A stretch of DNA of 64,000 nt from Amoebophrya sp. A120 (taxonomy: Eukaryota; Protista; Dinoflagellata): positions 3,676,265 to 3,740,264 of the forward strand of contig CAJINV010000007.1 in assembly GCA_905178155.1 (NCBI GenBank). The letters are read 5' to 3'. The translations under genes and the position numbers were made by a program. Below are positions 1-13,100 of this stretch, in pieces (positions within the stretch are counted from its first letter, which is position 1; each line of letters opens with the position of its first letter). The notes under the pieces were generated by a model that saw only the letters and a program-made list of their open reading frames with translations, made no database searches and was not told the origin of the DNA.

Positions 1-1828
1 GGGTGCTGTTTGGCTGTGGATTATTTTGAAGGGTTGTACAAGTGGCGAAAGACAGAGGAATTCGCGAATCCGTTTAGGAAGAGTTGCTGGAAGGCGGGAT
101 ACGAGTGTATTTGTTTGTTCGTTTTTTCTTTTCATTTTGCATGCACCTACATGATCAGCTTATACTAGGACCTGAATTTGTGAGAGAGTTTGTTGCTTTG
201 AAACACATCAAGAAACCCAACCAGGTATCTGGAAGCAGCACGGGGTGTACGACATTTGTCCGAGTTCTGGCAAGCCCATTCTGCACAAGCCCGACTATTT
301 CGCCCTCAACCCGCGGACCGGTCAGCCGGTTAAAGTGCACGAGGATTACTTGCTGCCCTTCTGGGAAAAAGTGTCCTCGGTCATCAAGGACCAGCTGGGC
401 CCGGAAGTGTTCACCTTCTGCTCCCCCTACGCGGGCGCAACGGATATGCAGAACCACGCCATGGCGATCGATTTGAACAGCAGTAGTAGTTCTGGTCTTG
501 CCGCTAGCTCCAGTTCGGCCTCCACTCTCCGCAGTTCGAAATGTGTGTACGCGGCGCACTACTACGAGGGCTGGCAATTGCTGTTCCACCGGTACCACTC
601 CTGGTTCACAACGCACTTCCAGAACGTGATGCGCGGCAAGGGAACGAAGTTGTTTTTTGGCACGCCGGAGATGTGCGCGCGCCGGGTAGGAAAAGACATC
701 GCCTACGTCGCGGCGAATGGCCAACATTTAGGGCCAGCAGTGGTCGGGGAGATCGGTATAGGAATGTCCCTGGGGATTCTTGTCGCATGAAACTAAAAAA
801 CTGCTTTTTCCAAGGCCTTTGCAAATCTGGTTGATGTGATGTTATGCAGGAAGAAACCTGTACCGTTTTCTCTCGTGTTAATAAATAATATCCAGGTATT
901 TCCATGGAGATCGAGGGAGAGGCAAACCGCTCTCGGTGCTACGACCGCATGATGCGCGGCCTGGAATACTCCGGTGTGGCAGGCTACACGCTGTGGCACT
1001 ACTGCCCCGAGGCAAGTCAGCAGAAAAACGACGGCTGGAACAGAGAGCATCTTTCTATCTTCTCGCAAGATGAGGTATAGATCTTGATTGCATGATATTT
1101 GATGTGCCCCCACGCTTCCGCGGCTAGCAAAAAGCGATACAGTAACCGAAGATCCTGTGTATGTGTTGCAGAGTCAGCACGAATTGAACCGTCAATCTAG
1201 GTCCTGGCCAACGAGACCGCGTTTGCCGGCGGCCGCGCGCTCCCCGCCATTATCCGACCCTCGCCGTTCCTGGTTGCCGGGAGGATAAGGTACTTCAAGT
1301 TCAACGCGTTGTCGAAACGGAGGCAATTCGAATTGGAATACGAAGTATCAAATGTCAAAGTGTCTGGGTCTGGAAGAATGCAATTTGTCATGCTAAATGT
1401 GAAGCATGCAAAAATCTGTGTTGCATGATTACCAAAAGTCGTCCAGTTTTGACCAAGTCGGGAAGCAGTTTCTCATGCAGGATAGGCATGGGAAAGATCG
1501 CACAGAATCTGTCATGCTATGTCCTGCATTCCAGACGGACCTCATGGGTGATGGAATTTCTGCATGACAAATCGCGCACTCTTCCAGACCCAGACACTTT
1601 TACATTTGATACGAAGAGGTGGACTCGTGCACGACTTCGCAGACCATTCTGTTCGTGCCTCACTACCAGTACAGCAAGGAATCGGTCCGGACCCGCTGCA
1701 GTGACGGCCAGTTCATCGAGCGAGACCTGGTGGCGCAGAAGTTCATCTATGTACACGATAGCGGGATCCCCTGCGACAAAAATGGGAAGAAGATCCACAG
1801 AATACAAATCTGGCACGAACCGGCGTGA
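1..1828 (+). CDS. Glycoside hydrolase family 5, endoglycoceramidase/EGCrP-like (5'-partial, 5 exons visible)
   Basis: Exons <1-106, 225-755, 896-1074, 1201-1345, 1617-1828. GT-AG introns at 107-224, 756-895 and 1075-1200, plus introner 1346-1611. The spliced protein has EGCase-type motifs CIWKQHGVY, AAHYY, VVGEIGI (nucleophile region), YTLWHYCPE..DGWNREHLSIFS and GGRALPAIIRP. Confidence 0.85.
1346..1611. mobile_element. Introner/MITE, family B, 266 bp, TSD CGAAG
   Basis: Left TATCAAATGTCAAAGTGTCTGGGTCTGGAAGA pairs with right TCTTCCAGACCCAGACACTTTTACATTTGATA (1 mismatch in 32), extending imperfectly to about 50 bp. CGAAG at 1341-1345 and 1612-1616. Removal gives YEEVDS in frame. Confidence 0.95.
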
Positions 1829-2640
1829 GGCGGGAGGGGGTCGCGGATAGCCGGAAAAGATAAAAAATTCAGCCGCAATCGTCCCAATCGAAGATGATGT
1901 ATCGTTTCCTATTAAAAGGATCTTTTTTTGAAGTTTAAACTAAATCGCAATTGTAGCAAACGCAACAATTCATTGCATGACGCTTCTCACACGCACGCGG
2001 CAATTCGCGAAGAATAGCAGCAGCTACATCAAATTGGATAAATTTTGGTCTAGGAAATATTCTACATGAACTTTCACTCCTCTCTACTAGCTAGTTAGTA
2101 CTACCACATCTAATGACTCAGCAAGAAAATAAAGTATCGCCGTCGATGAAAATCGAGTTCCTTCGAGACGCTGAAGTGGTCAACAAGCGACCCACCACAT
2201 CCACATAAAGATCAAGATGGCAAATTATATGATTTAGATTTTTCAATCTTCGTCGTGTGAATAAGAATTGGTCGTAAAATAGAACAAAAAGATTAAGAAC
2301 ACAAAGTAGCGCAAGAACCACCGCCAGTCTATCTTTGACGTAGTCTCCGGTCACGATGGGCGTCTGCCTGGATTTCAGGTTGTTTCATCTGTTCTTCTTC
2401 TTTCTTTACACCCATCTGAATTTGTCTTCGGTCTGATGTTTATTTTTCTCCTATCTTTCTCTTTCCCTTGTGCTGAGGTTTTCTTCCTGCTGCTGCGCCA
2501 GAGTGACGAAGAGTCTGGCAACATAAGTAGTTCCAACCTTATCTATCTTCAGGAACAACCAACAAAGAAAAATCTCACTCGTATCAAAACGAAACGCAAA
2601 AAAAAAAAGAAGAGATCGACCACGATCAAGCAGCGAGAAG

Positions 2641-3587
2641 ATGCTCTCCCTCTCCCGCCGGCGCAATGCGGGCGATTTGCTCGGTACGATTTTTCCGGGG
2701 TACAAGGAGAAACTGTGGGCCAAGTACTCGGTGGACATGAAGAAGCAGATGATCGGGCGCCAAAACGACAAGTTCGAGAGTATCGAAAGGAAAAATCCCC
2801 CTTCCCAATATCGAAACGAAGTTTCTGATGCTGAATCTGCGCTACACAAATCAGATTTGTCTTGCAGAAAGTGCTTGGCGGCATTTTCTGAACCTGTTTG
2901 ATCATGCAGAAGGCTAGCAATTGCGCATGGCAAACAGGTTTGCAGTAGTCGAACGCGCATGACAGACTTGCTCACGAACGCGTTAAATGCTTCCTATGAC
3001 CCTATATGCAAGACAAAGATGATTTGTGGCCACAAATCTGCATCACCACATGATTTGTGGCCACAAGACAAAGAAGATTTGTTGGGGGTGAGGGACCCCC
3101 AACGAGGTCTGCGGATATCGGGAGGAAAACAGGCATAAATCTGCATCACAAATTTCTGTTTTGATATGGGGAGGGGGGATTTTTCCTTTTGATAGAGAGC
3201 GCGCTGAAGACCCACCAACAGTGGGGCAAGATGCTGACCAGCTACAAGACCTACGAAAAGTCCTACGAGCCAACCTACAAGTCCCGCAAACCCTCGGTGG
3301 ACTGGCGGCGCCAGGAAATCCGGGGGACGTTGCACGCCGGAAAATTTTACGAGGGCCCGGCCATCGGGACGGGCGGTGCCGCGGTTGCGGCCATCCCTTC
3401 GGACTACACGCCCGGGAATACGTTTGACCGCATGTCCGCGAACTTCCCGAACAATCTGTTTTCGGAGGAGGAGTGGAAAATGCGCAAGCAGTACCGCTCC
3501 TGGGACATGGTGAAAGTGCTGTACTACATGACTGGCGGACTTTTTCTCTACCGATTGACAACCGAGTGGCCGGTCGTGTGGTGCTGA
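2641..3587 (+). CDS. Small protein with basic N-terminal presequence and one C-terminal TM segment; probable mitochondrial inner-membrane protein
   Basis: Exons 2641-2780 and 3200-3587 join in frame (DKFESALKTHQQW). N-terminus MLSLSRRR; hydrophobic VKVLYYMTGGLFLYRL near the C-terminus. The function is an inference. Confidence 0.65.
2781..3194. mobile_element. Introner/MITE, family D, 414 bp, TSD GAGAG
   Basis: Left TATCGAAAGGAAAAATCCCCCTTCCCAATATC; right GATATGGGGAGGGGGGATTTTTCCTTTTGATA. GAGAG at 2776-2780 and 3195-3199. Homologous to 23605-23937. Confidence 0.95.
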
Positions 3588-4296
3588 TCAGAGGTCGTGC
3601 CGTGGTGTACAGAGCAAATAAGCTGATTTTGATGTATGGGGCTGTTCTGGAGAGCAGTGGTTCAATCGATAGTGGCAATGCCTATAGAAATGGTGAGCGG
3701 GCTGCTGTAACGTGGAAGGAGATGACTACACTTTTTTGAAGAAAGCCAAAGCATCATTGTCAAGGGCAATCGCAATTGCCGAAGATACTATGTACTTAGA
3801 CGTCAAGATGACTCCTACCCGAAGTCGAAACGTTGTTCGTATTCGTTTTCAATTTTGTACTAAACACCGATTAGCGTAGCCGCGTTCTTTTTCCCAATAT
3901 GAATGCGACGATTTTTGTTTCCACGTCGCAGTTGCGCTTGCGGAGAAGAACCTGGTGCGTGGCTGCAGGTATCCAGGATCAGTGTTCGGCGAAAGCGTTG
4001 CAAAAAGTACGAGTCAAAGTAACGGCAGAGGAGACAACTTTTCCCGTGCTGTGTTGCGGAAGCGGAGACACGAAACTGCCTAAAACTTGAAAAGAGCGTG
4101 GTGCTCGTAGGAATGTACAGCTGCGTCATTTTTGTGCTTTATTCAACAGTTTTATCACTGAAAGTCAAGTATTATTTCAAAGAAGGATCATGTAAGTGTG
4201 CTACTAGAGAAGCGGGAACCTACAAAAATAGCAGAGGAAGATAAACAAAGAGTTTTGAACAATCTTTTGAGCACAACACCCTAAAACTACTTCACC

Positions 4297-5907
4297 ATGC
4301 CCGCCATAGCTTCTTGTTCGGCGCGAACACTCATCCACCCTCCGCCCCGCGCGTCGGCCCGCGTCTCCTGCCCGCCGTTATGGGATGACAGTTTGATCGC
4401 CTTTGAGATGCTGGACAAGGACAAGGATAATTTTCTGGACTGGCAAGATGCAAGGTACTGGCTGCGGTGCGTCGGGTGGTGCTGCACCGACCAGGAATTG
4501 GACGACATTCTACTCGCGTACGTGAAGATGAACAATGAGTGCACGACGAGCGGTATGACTGTGCACCACTACACCCCCCCCTCATTTGTATGGCAAGGAC
4601 AGCAACACAAGACAAGCGTCGGCAAGAAAGCAGGTTTTGCATGACAAATCTGCACAGGAGGGTAGTGCTATTTGGGCGGCCAGAACTTGCGATGCAAACA
4701 GTGCTTCAAGGCATGGCGTGGATTTGGTAAATTGCATCACAAATGAGGGGGGATGGGGGAGTTGTGCACTGTCACAAGCGGCGAGTGGGGCGGCGACGAG
4801 AATGAAGCTGTTGTTGAAGGAGACGCGCTTGTTGACCAGAATCGAAAGACGAGTTTTTGTGCAGCCGGCAGTGATGAAACAAACGGCAGCGGGAACGTCA
4901 ACGACGAGCATCAAACTGAGCGCGCGGCTGCGCAGGTGGACGCAGAGGGTGTTGAGAGCAGTGAGAACGAGGTTCTTGCAACTGGAAGTGAACCTGCGAA
5001 GCCAACAACTACTTCGGCCAACAGGGTTTCGATTTCAGTAGCGGAACCAGCGACGACCGCTGCTGCTGAGTCAGAAGATCATGATGGTGCCAATTTTGTT
5101 TCGGAGCGAGAAATTGCTGCCGACACGAACCAGAGGCAGGACGAAAATCTTCCTGATGCCGAAGCGGAAGACAAGCAAGAGGATGCGATTCTCGCGAAGG
5201 AACAAGATCTACATGGAACAACGGAACAAACCCCCGCTTCGACCGAGCACCCTGCATCATCTGAGGCGGTAGAGGTTGAACAAATGCCTGGAAATCCCAG
5301 TTGCAATGTGGTCGACAGCAGAACCACCACGTCGACAAACGATATCGACCTCTACGGGAAGAAACTCTTCGCTTTGCAGGACCTGCAGCTCATGGTGAGC
5401 AACTACAGTTCTGATCCGCAACCAAAGTTTGCCACAACCTCACTTGGCGGCTCGAAAATCTTGACTGAAATAAATCAGAAGAACGACACAACAAATAGCA
5501 GCGAAGATGCCCCCGACGTCGCGAAAGCCGGCTTGCTGTCCCGCGAGGGTGACTTGCTGAAGCTGCTGTCGAACATCACACAGGGGAAGTTGGATTTAGA
5601 TTTGGAACCCTTTTACAACGCCATGACGACGCAGGGTGAGCCGCTGGGGCTGGAAGATTTGGAGGAATTAATGACTTTGATCGGGTGCGGGGTGAACAAC
5701 GTTTCGACACATTTCGCGAATTCTATCGACACCCGATTCTTCGCCAACGCGCTCGCGTCGAAAATCGTCCAACCGCCCTGTGTGCCAACGCACCGCAGCA
5801 AGTACAAGGCGGGAACGTCGGGTGGTGTGGGTGCTGGTGGCGGGGGCACTAGTAGAGCTGCTACGGCAGGCGGGACCAGCAAGCAGAAAGCGAAAGCGCG
5901 GTGCTGA
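4297..5907 (+). CDS. Divergent calmodulin/myosin-light-chain-like EF-hand protein with a long acidic insertion
   Basis: Exons 4297-4553 and 4782-5907. EF-hand AFEMLDKDKDNFLDWQD followed by LRCVG..TDQELDDIL; C-lobe-like AMTTQGEPLGLEDLEELM. Confidence 0.7.
4554..4776. mobile_element. Introner/MITE, family E, 223 bp, TSD AGCGG
   Basis: Left TATGACTGTGCACCACTAC..CCCCCCTCATTTGT; right ACAAATGAGGGGGG..GTTGTGCACTGTCACA. AGCGG at 4549-4553 and 4777-4781. Removal gives TTSGEWGG. Confidence 0.92.
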
Positions 5908-7070
5908 CGGGAGGGTGCTATCGAAGAATGTTGAGCATTGTAGAGCAGTAGAGCAGCGTTTACGGAGAAATTGGCGTGCTTCCGGAAAAATTGGCGTGTA
6001 TATCAACCATTTCTTCACTGAAGATAACTGCTGCGAGCAGCTGTACTGAAGCGACCCTTGCAGCTAGGCCCGGCAATTCCTTGTCCTATGGTGATCTTCG
6101 ACTTGAAGCAGTCGCGGAAAAGAATGCGTGAGTTTTCGAATCTGGTGCTCATGCTCTACTTTTTCTTCGCTTCTAATCAGCCTCATTTTCGTTAGTGCAG
6201 CTGCAGCCATTCTTTGTGCATTTTCATTTTTTGAGTGCCGGTCTTCGAAGTGAAGAAAAGACTGGCACAAGCATGAAGATCAACGTCGGCTGCATTCTCC
6301 TCATGAACAAGTGGGTCCTCGCTAGAAAGCAGCTTCGTTTATTTCGTGAGAAAAAATGATCCAGAAAAGCTTGAAAACGTATGGCACTGGATCCCCGAAA
6401 TGATGAATGTCTGGCAGATCCATGAGTCGTGCCCCCTTTGTCGCTTTGTGACGAAAATACTGTCACTTGAGATCTACTGCAGTACTGACCGGATCGAAGA
6501 AAATATAGATCAGCGAAGATCTGTTTGGAGGTCATAGGAGTGTAAGTGTTGAAATATTTTGTCATAATCTTGAAGATGAAAGTGAAAGTGGGACCTGTTC
6601 CGGGTAAAGATCAAGATGAAGAATGTTTCTGTTATTTGTTGCGATCAAAATTGTAAGCTATGTTGGGTCACTGGCTTCCATCAAAAGAATTTGCAGCTTC
6701 TCCGCATGTCAAGAACTTCTTCTGTCACTCTCACTCAGTTACAGCCACTCGTCGCGCAATCGTTTTGCTACTCAATTGATGCCGAACACAAATTTATTTT
6801 TTTTGGTTGCTTTATTCTTTCGTGATTTTGATCAGTTATTCAACCGTGGAACGTAGAAGAACTAACAAAAAGCACAAGCTGCAAGAACTCACGATCTGCT
6901 TATAGCTTTCGAGGAGCAAAAGTTTGCTTTTGTTAACCACCCTTCCGCCGCGTTTCTGCCTACTTTCTTACCTATGTATAATTTAGCCCGTCAGTCGAGA
7001 CTTCTGAGAATTAATCTTTATAATCCCCACACAGACACATTGTATCGAGACCAACCTGATTACCGTAGAG

Positions 7071-8717
7071 ATGGCATGGCTTTCTCGTCCCAAGGCGCCC
7101 ACGCTTTTCGCCGGCTGGGTGAAAATATTTTGCCTGCTCGTCACCGAAGCCGAGTGCTCTTCCCCTTCTGCGGGTCCTCCGAAGCCCATCGTTGCAAAGT
7201 TGGTCGACTCTGGGTTCACCGAGAAGCAGATAGAAGCACTCGAGCGCATGCAGCGAAACGCAAAGCCTCTACCGGCCGTTTGCTCGGACTTCCATGGAAT
7301 CATCTCTCTTCACGCCCAGCTGATCGCCGTTGACAAGCGGCAGGAGAAAGCCGATGAGACCCTTCGACTTCCTGAGAACGTCGCAGCAGCCAGAGACGAA
7401 GAAGATGCTAGAGAAGAGCAAAAGTTTTATTTATCCTTTAATACGATTGACTTCGAGGTGCAGACGGATGGCCAGAGCAACATGCAGGAGTTTCTTCGCC
7501 TCTACTGCCTGTTCACCGGGCTCGGCTACGATTTGTCCGGGTTTCTCCCGTCACACGTGGTGCCGCCACAAATCGAACTAACGGAGGAAGCGAGACAAAT
7601 TCAGGAGTCCCTTTATCAGGATAAACTTTATCGAAACTTTGCAGAGGAGAACAACCCGGGCATTTTTTCCTGGCGACTCTATATGCATATGCTCTCGCTT
7701 TTCCGAGCCGACATCCGGCCCCTGATTACGGCCGGAGTGCTGGGGTATATCGCTGCGCTGGAGCAAGCGCGGGAGTCGGGTGGCTGGCAGCCGCCGCCTG
7801 GAGTATCGGACGCAACGCCCTTGGCATTCCAAAGAGCGTGGGCTGTAACATTACAGTACGCGGTCAGGCCGTCCTATAGATATTGGCACACCGATGAGTT
7901 CGGGTTTGATCGTCTTCGCTACTCGCTACCACTGTACGGCGCGCCTACGGTACTCAAGAGAGATGGTCTGACGTCCTACGAAAACGGCACAACGCAAGTC
8001 GCTTTTTCGCCTAACCCACACGAGACACATTCATTTTTCGGCGGTGGGGTGCTCAACCTCAACGGAGCCACGGAAGCGAGCAAGGAGGCCACCCGCGTCC
8101 CTGCGGCACCCGCTTCCAGGCCTCCACGACTTACATATGATTTCATTGAGCAGAAATTTCTGGGACCTGCACAGCTGACGGCAGTGCGAAAGGAGCAAGA
8201 CGGCGCCGCGACGAGCACGGGTAATGTCAATGCCCGAGCGGATAGCGCCCCGCCAATCGCTGTGCGATTGCCTCGCACGCGAGCAGCTCATCGCCGGCGC
8301 CGCGCACGATCCGCGCCGGCGCGCAGAGCAGCAAGAGGTAGCAGGGCCAACGCGGAAAAGAAATTGTTGGGACTTTTGTTTCGAGCCGCTCCGGTACAAG
8401 ACGAAGAGGAATGGGAAAGAAATGAAAGAGAGGTTCGTAAGCCTACGCGTAATGCCTTCACGATCACGCTTTCCAAGGCGTTCCGCTCGGACGAGAACTT
8501 CGAGGCACAACAGCGGACCCCTTTGCCTAGCACCGAAGTGCAAATGAAGGAGACACGCGTGCTTGGAGGCGATCCGCTCGGAAAAGAAACTACAGATGAA
8601 CTCCCACGGCCTTGCAAACACCGAAGTCCAAATGAGGAAGAGATGCGTGCCTTCACACCAAAAGGCGCTGCGGCCGTGAGCCGATTACTTCTGATCGTGG
8701 ATTCCGTGCGTAGGTAA
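7071..8717 (+). CDS. Hypothetical protein with possible signal peptide
   Basis: 548-aa ORF with a hydrophobic N-terminal segment (LFAGWVKIFCLLVTEAEC). No family recognised; the 3' end could be spliced further. Confidence 0.6.
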   Translation: MAWLSRPKAPTLFAGWVKIFCLLVTEAECSSPSAGPPKPIVAKLVDSGFTEKQIEALERMQRNAKPLPAVCSDFHGIISLHAQLIAVDKRQEKADETLRLPENVAAARDEEDAREEQKFYLSFNTIDFEVQTDGQSNMQEFLRLYCLFTGLGYDLSGFLPSHVVPPQIELTEEARQIQESLYQDKLYRNFAEENNPGIFSWRLYMHMLSLFRADIRPLITAGVLGYIAALEQARESGGWQPPPGVSDATPLAFQRAWAVTLQYAVRPSYRYWHTDEFGFDRLRYSLPLYGAPTVLKRDGLTSYENGTTQVAFSPNPHETHSFFGGGVLNLNGATEASKEATRVPAAPASRPPRLTYDFIEQKFLGPAQLTAVRKEQDGAATSTGNVNARADSAPPIAVRLPRTRAAHRRRRARSAPARRAARGSRANAEKKLLGLLFRAAPVQDEEEWERNEREVRKPTRNAFTITLSKAFRSDENFEAQQRTPLPSTEVQMKETRVLGGDPLGKETTDELPRPCKHRSPNEEEMRAFTPKGAAAVSRLLLIVDSVRR

Positions 8718-10162
8718 CTTGAATCGGTATTGTGCTGTACAGATCGTACAACACAGTCGTACAGCACACCTGTCGAATCGCTCACAAACGTACTACCACT
8801 GCTAGCATGTCAAAAGACCCGAAAGACCGATGCGACGGGCACCATTCAGCTGCATTGCCATTGCAAATGTTTCGTCATCACTCAGAAGGGAGAAGCTGAA
8901 GTGATATTTTGAATCGTAGGGGCGGTGCGTGATTTGTCGGTCAGCTATATATTTTTTGGAACACCTGGTAGAGAGCAAGAGAACAGCATTTGTTTTACGA
9001 ATTTTATTGGCATGACACACTTACATCTTGTACAATACCAGGACCTTGATTCTGATCTATTGGCGCTTAAAGGATTCACGGGAGGCCATACATAGAACCC
9101 AAAAAGTGTACCCCTAGAAAATCTATTCAGTGCCACCCCTTAGCTGACAGCTGCAGCTCTCGCACAGATCAAAGATTTTCGCAAGAGAAGCAAGGCGAGT
9201 AAAAAGTGACTTTGAATTGTTGTGCTAGTTTTACATTTGTTTTGAAAATCGGAAAAAAAGAAAGACGACCAGGCTCGAAAAATATGAAATCACGAAGAGG
9301 ACGAAGAAGCAGACGGCCTACGATGTTCTTTTGAGAGGTAGAACGACGAAGACTGGGGCTCTTTTGATTGAAATCCCCTACCACGGGGCCCTGTTATGGT
9401 GTGACTTCAATTTGTATGAAAACGAAAAGACCCCCGCGAAGTTTTCTTCTTTTGATCGGTAGGCGAGTATGTCATCTCGCCGGAGTGCGACGTCGAGCAG
9501 AGAGCCGTGAAGAGAGGTGGAAGTAGCTTTCGAGGAGCTACAACGCAGCTCGTTGTCTTTGTGTCCTTTTATCGTTGAGACGGTGACGGTCTCGTGTGTG
9601 GCGTGCCTTATTTCGTGTTGTAGTGACAGCGTCGGCAAGCGGAAGCACTTCCTGTGCGCTTGTCGACATTGACGTCGAGGGGGCCGAGTTGTCCCTGTTT
9701 GTGACGACTACGCTCAAACAGCATTCGGACAGTGTCTCTGCTCTTGTGCACTTTTACAGAAACATTTATTTCGCCAACAATGTCAATATCCTCATTGCGA
9801 GGAATACATAGAAAATTCAAATTAAATTTCAATTTCATACTCTGCCCGCATATAGCACTGGCAGTTTCTTGAAGGTTGTGGCTGTAGCTGGAGTAGGGAA
9901 CACAGCAAACGGAGTTGAATCGCCACTAGGGAATAAAGTAGATTAAGTAAGTAAAAACTTGCTCAAGTTTCACTAGAGAATAAAGCAAATTCAAAACAGT
10001 GCACGACCTTCGCCGAACGCATGTTATCGTCCCGTGCTTGATTGGCACGATGGAGGCTCGACGAACAGATGCCTTCGCGGGGAACGAACCTCCACACGGT
10101 GAATAGAAGTCGAACTCGAAGGGAGCCACACTACTAAAAATAAAAAAAAAATCGATCACGCG

Positions 10163-13100
10163 ATGGCAATGGAGGCTTCGGGAGCCGCGGGCCAGCAGAT
10201 TGTCTCCCGCGCACGCCCAACCCAATGGGCCCTCCGGGACGGCAAGAACTGGCGGTTGCAGAAGCTTGAGGTTTTGTTCGACAACGCAAAATTGTCGGAC
10301 ATCAAGATTCGGCCGAACATCATCGTACTTTATGTAGTTGCGTATGAACTTGAACTTGCTAATAAGCTTTCCTGCTGTGTTTATCACACTTGCCGCTCAT
10401 GCCATGAAACACTGAACGTATGTCTAAATTTGTGCAATTGATAGTGCTAAAAATCAACCCCTACAACAGATTCCGAAGGAGTCTGAAGAGGACGACGGCA
10501 GGGAATTTTACTTTATCCATTGAGAACAACAATGTTGTGCTTCACCTTATTTTCGTCTGTCATTACGGCAAAGGGTCCCCGCCCGCGCACTCTATTAGAA
10601 AGCTTCGACAGCTTCAAGTTCTCTCGTCCGCACCTTCCTCTGCGATCAGCAACATCATATCGCGTATTGTACATTTTTTAGCACACATCGCAACATCTAC
10701 TGATGAATCTGATGTCGACACATATAAGAGCAAAACGTGAACCAACTCCAACCCCTGTCACCTTCCATACACGACGCGCAGAAAGCCTACCTGGCAGCAT
10801 GGTCTCCGGTCTTCGACAGTATTTTCTTCGGGCAAGGAGTCGGCGCCGCGGGCGTGGGAGCCGTGGAGGACGGCGAGCTGACGCTGGAATGCCTGAAGGA
10901 CATCTTGTGGCTGTTTCTCAAGTAAATTCGTTCTTTGGTCTTGCTTGTTTTGTAACGATAGCGATGTTTTTCTTTTTGCTGGTGACTTTCCGGCTTCAAT
11001 ACTTTTCTACTTTCTTTGTGCTGGTCGTCAACTTTCTTGCAAAAATTGTACATCAAAAAAACGCCTCGTCTCAGGTTTCTGTACACAGGCGAAATCGTGC
11101 TCACAATCGAGACCGTCTGGCCGTTCTACTGCTTTGTTAATACGTACGAAGTGTGAGCAGGAGACAGTCTGCATCAAAGCAGAAGATGAGGCACTATTGC
11201 ACCTGAATTTGCAACCACACACAGACATTTTTACAAATTGTCTAACTTATGCGAGCGTAGCACACCCTCCTGCATAACGCTACCCACGATGGCTCTGTCA
11301 GTCAAAGAAAATCCCATTGCCATACCGTGCTGCGTAATATCAAGCACAACGGCAGACTTTCGTTTCCCCTCATTAGTTGAAATAAACTAATGTGAACTAG
11401 AACATGAACATGATCGCCACAAGTATAATATCTTCGCTCGTGCGTCGTTTCCGCCTTGCTCGCCTCCATAGCTGTTATCAAGTCCACGATTTGATCGATT
11501 CCGTTGAGGATATTATGGACAAAGCGGTCTCGATCGACACCTGTTGCTCCCTCCTCTGCTCCGCCCAGCAGCTCGGGTCCTACGATCACTACGCGTTGAG
11601 GAAATGCCTCAACATGCTCCTCATGGATTTCCCGGAAGTGTCCGAAACCCCGGGCTTCCTCGGTCTGGACTACGACGTGCTTGCCGCTGTGGTGTCCTCC
11701 GACGAACTAAATGCCGCCGAGGAATGCGTCTTCGAGGCCTGCATGAACTGGATCGCAGCGTATGCGAATCTATTGTTTTATGAGTTTATATTGATCTCTG
11801 ATAATGTGGTGTTCTACCTCTATCGTGTTGCTCTTCTATCATTTTATTCGTGGCTTTCGGATTTTCCTATATCTGAAGCCCTTCATGTGTGTCGCCATCG
11901 TGCCTTACGTTACGCAGCATGCTGTGACGCGCAGAGGTCGACGGCGCATTGGTTCCTTCACATCACTGCTCATTATGGTCACGCGTCGCATTCGAAAAAT
12001 TATCTACATCAGTGACGAGCAGCGTCTGGAATTGTACCTCGATGACCTTCTTGCGCACATCCGGTTCCCGCTGATGCACACCAAGTACGTCGCCAAACTG
12101 GATTCCCACCCCGTGGCCGCCCGGTCGAAGGCGCTGACCGAGCTGATGCTGCAGGCCTTGAAGTTCGCGGTCGCGCCCAAGGAGATGGCGCAACACGTGA
12201 ACCCTTCCACCTACAAGGCGCGGAAGGGTGGGCTGTACTGGAAAGCAACGAAAAACAACATGGCACTGGACATATGCATTGCAAAAGTGTCGCACTGGTA
12301 TAAACTGCATTACAAATTTTGGCAAGAAGGAAAGTGGAATTTGTAATGCTGTTTTGCCTTAAGAAAAGCATTTGCCATGCATATTTGCAATTGTAGTACG
12401 AGTACGATACTTTCGCACAGGATAGGACATCAGCAGCCCGAACTTCAAAACCTTTGTGCTCAACTCCAGCTGCGATCTGGTGCAGTCCTGGAAAATGCGG
12501 ATTGAGCTGTTCGAGGAGGGCAGTTGTGTGGTCGGGGTGTGCGAGGATACGATAGACACCAGCTACTACTGTGGCCGATTCAAGGACGGATGGGGGCTGG
12601 CGGACAACGGTAATATTCTCTAGCTTCCGTGGCGTTTTTTCTCAGCACAAATTGATCTTTTCGCAGAACAGTTTTGTTTTTGGGATGGTCTTGGTCTTGA
12701 TGGGCTTGGTCAAACTAACTGGTCGCTGATGTGGTAAGGGCTTGCACATAAAGTACAGCACGTACTAGATGAGCGAGTATATTACTTCTAGAGAAGACGC
12801 TTGGAGGCCTTTGCATATCATCATACTTGTTGCAAGTTTGTCAACCTAATTACTGCAAGTTCGTTTGTTACTCAATTCATACCAACAACCAGGTCACTTC
12901 TATTGCGGCCAGTGCAAGTGCGACCCGACGGTGAAGCATTTATGTACCCCAGCCTGTCAAGCCCATATGGAGATCCACCACGGCGCTGTGATTTCTGTTG
13001 CGTACCTGAAAGCCACACAGGACCTGGTCTTCCGACAGGGCAACAAAATCTTCCGACAAAGGCTGAAGGGCGTGAACCCGGAAAAGCGGTTGTTTCCCTG

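Noticed and set aside
6224-6856. Short ORFs between the EF-hand gene and the 7071 ORF
   Set aside because: Under 115 aa with no motifs and no consistent splice model.
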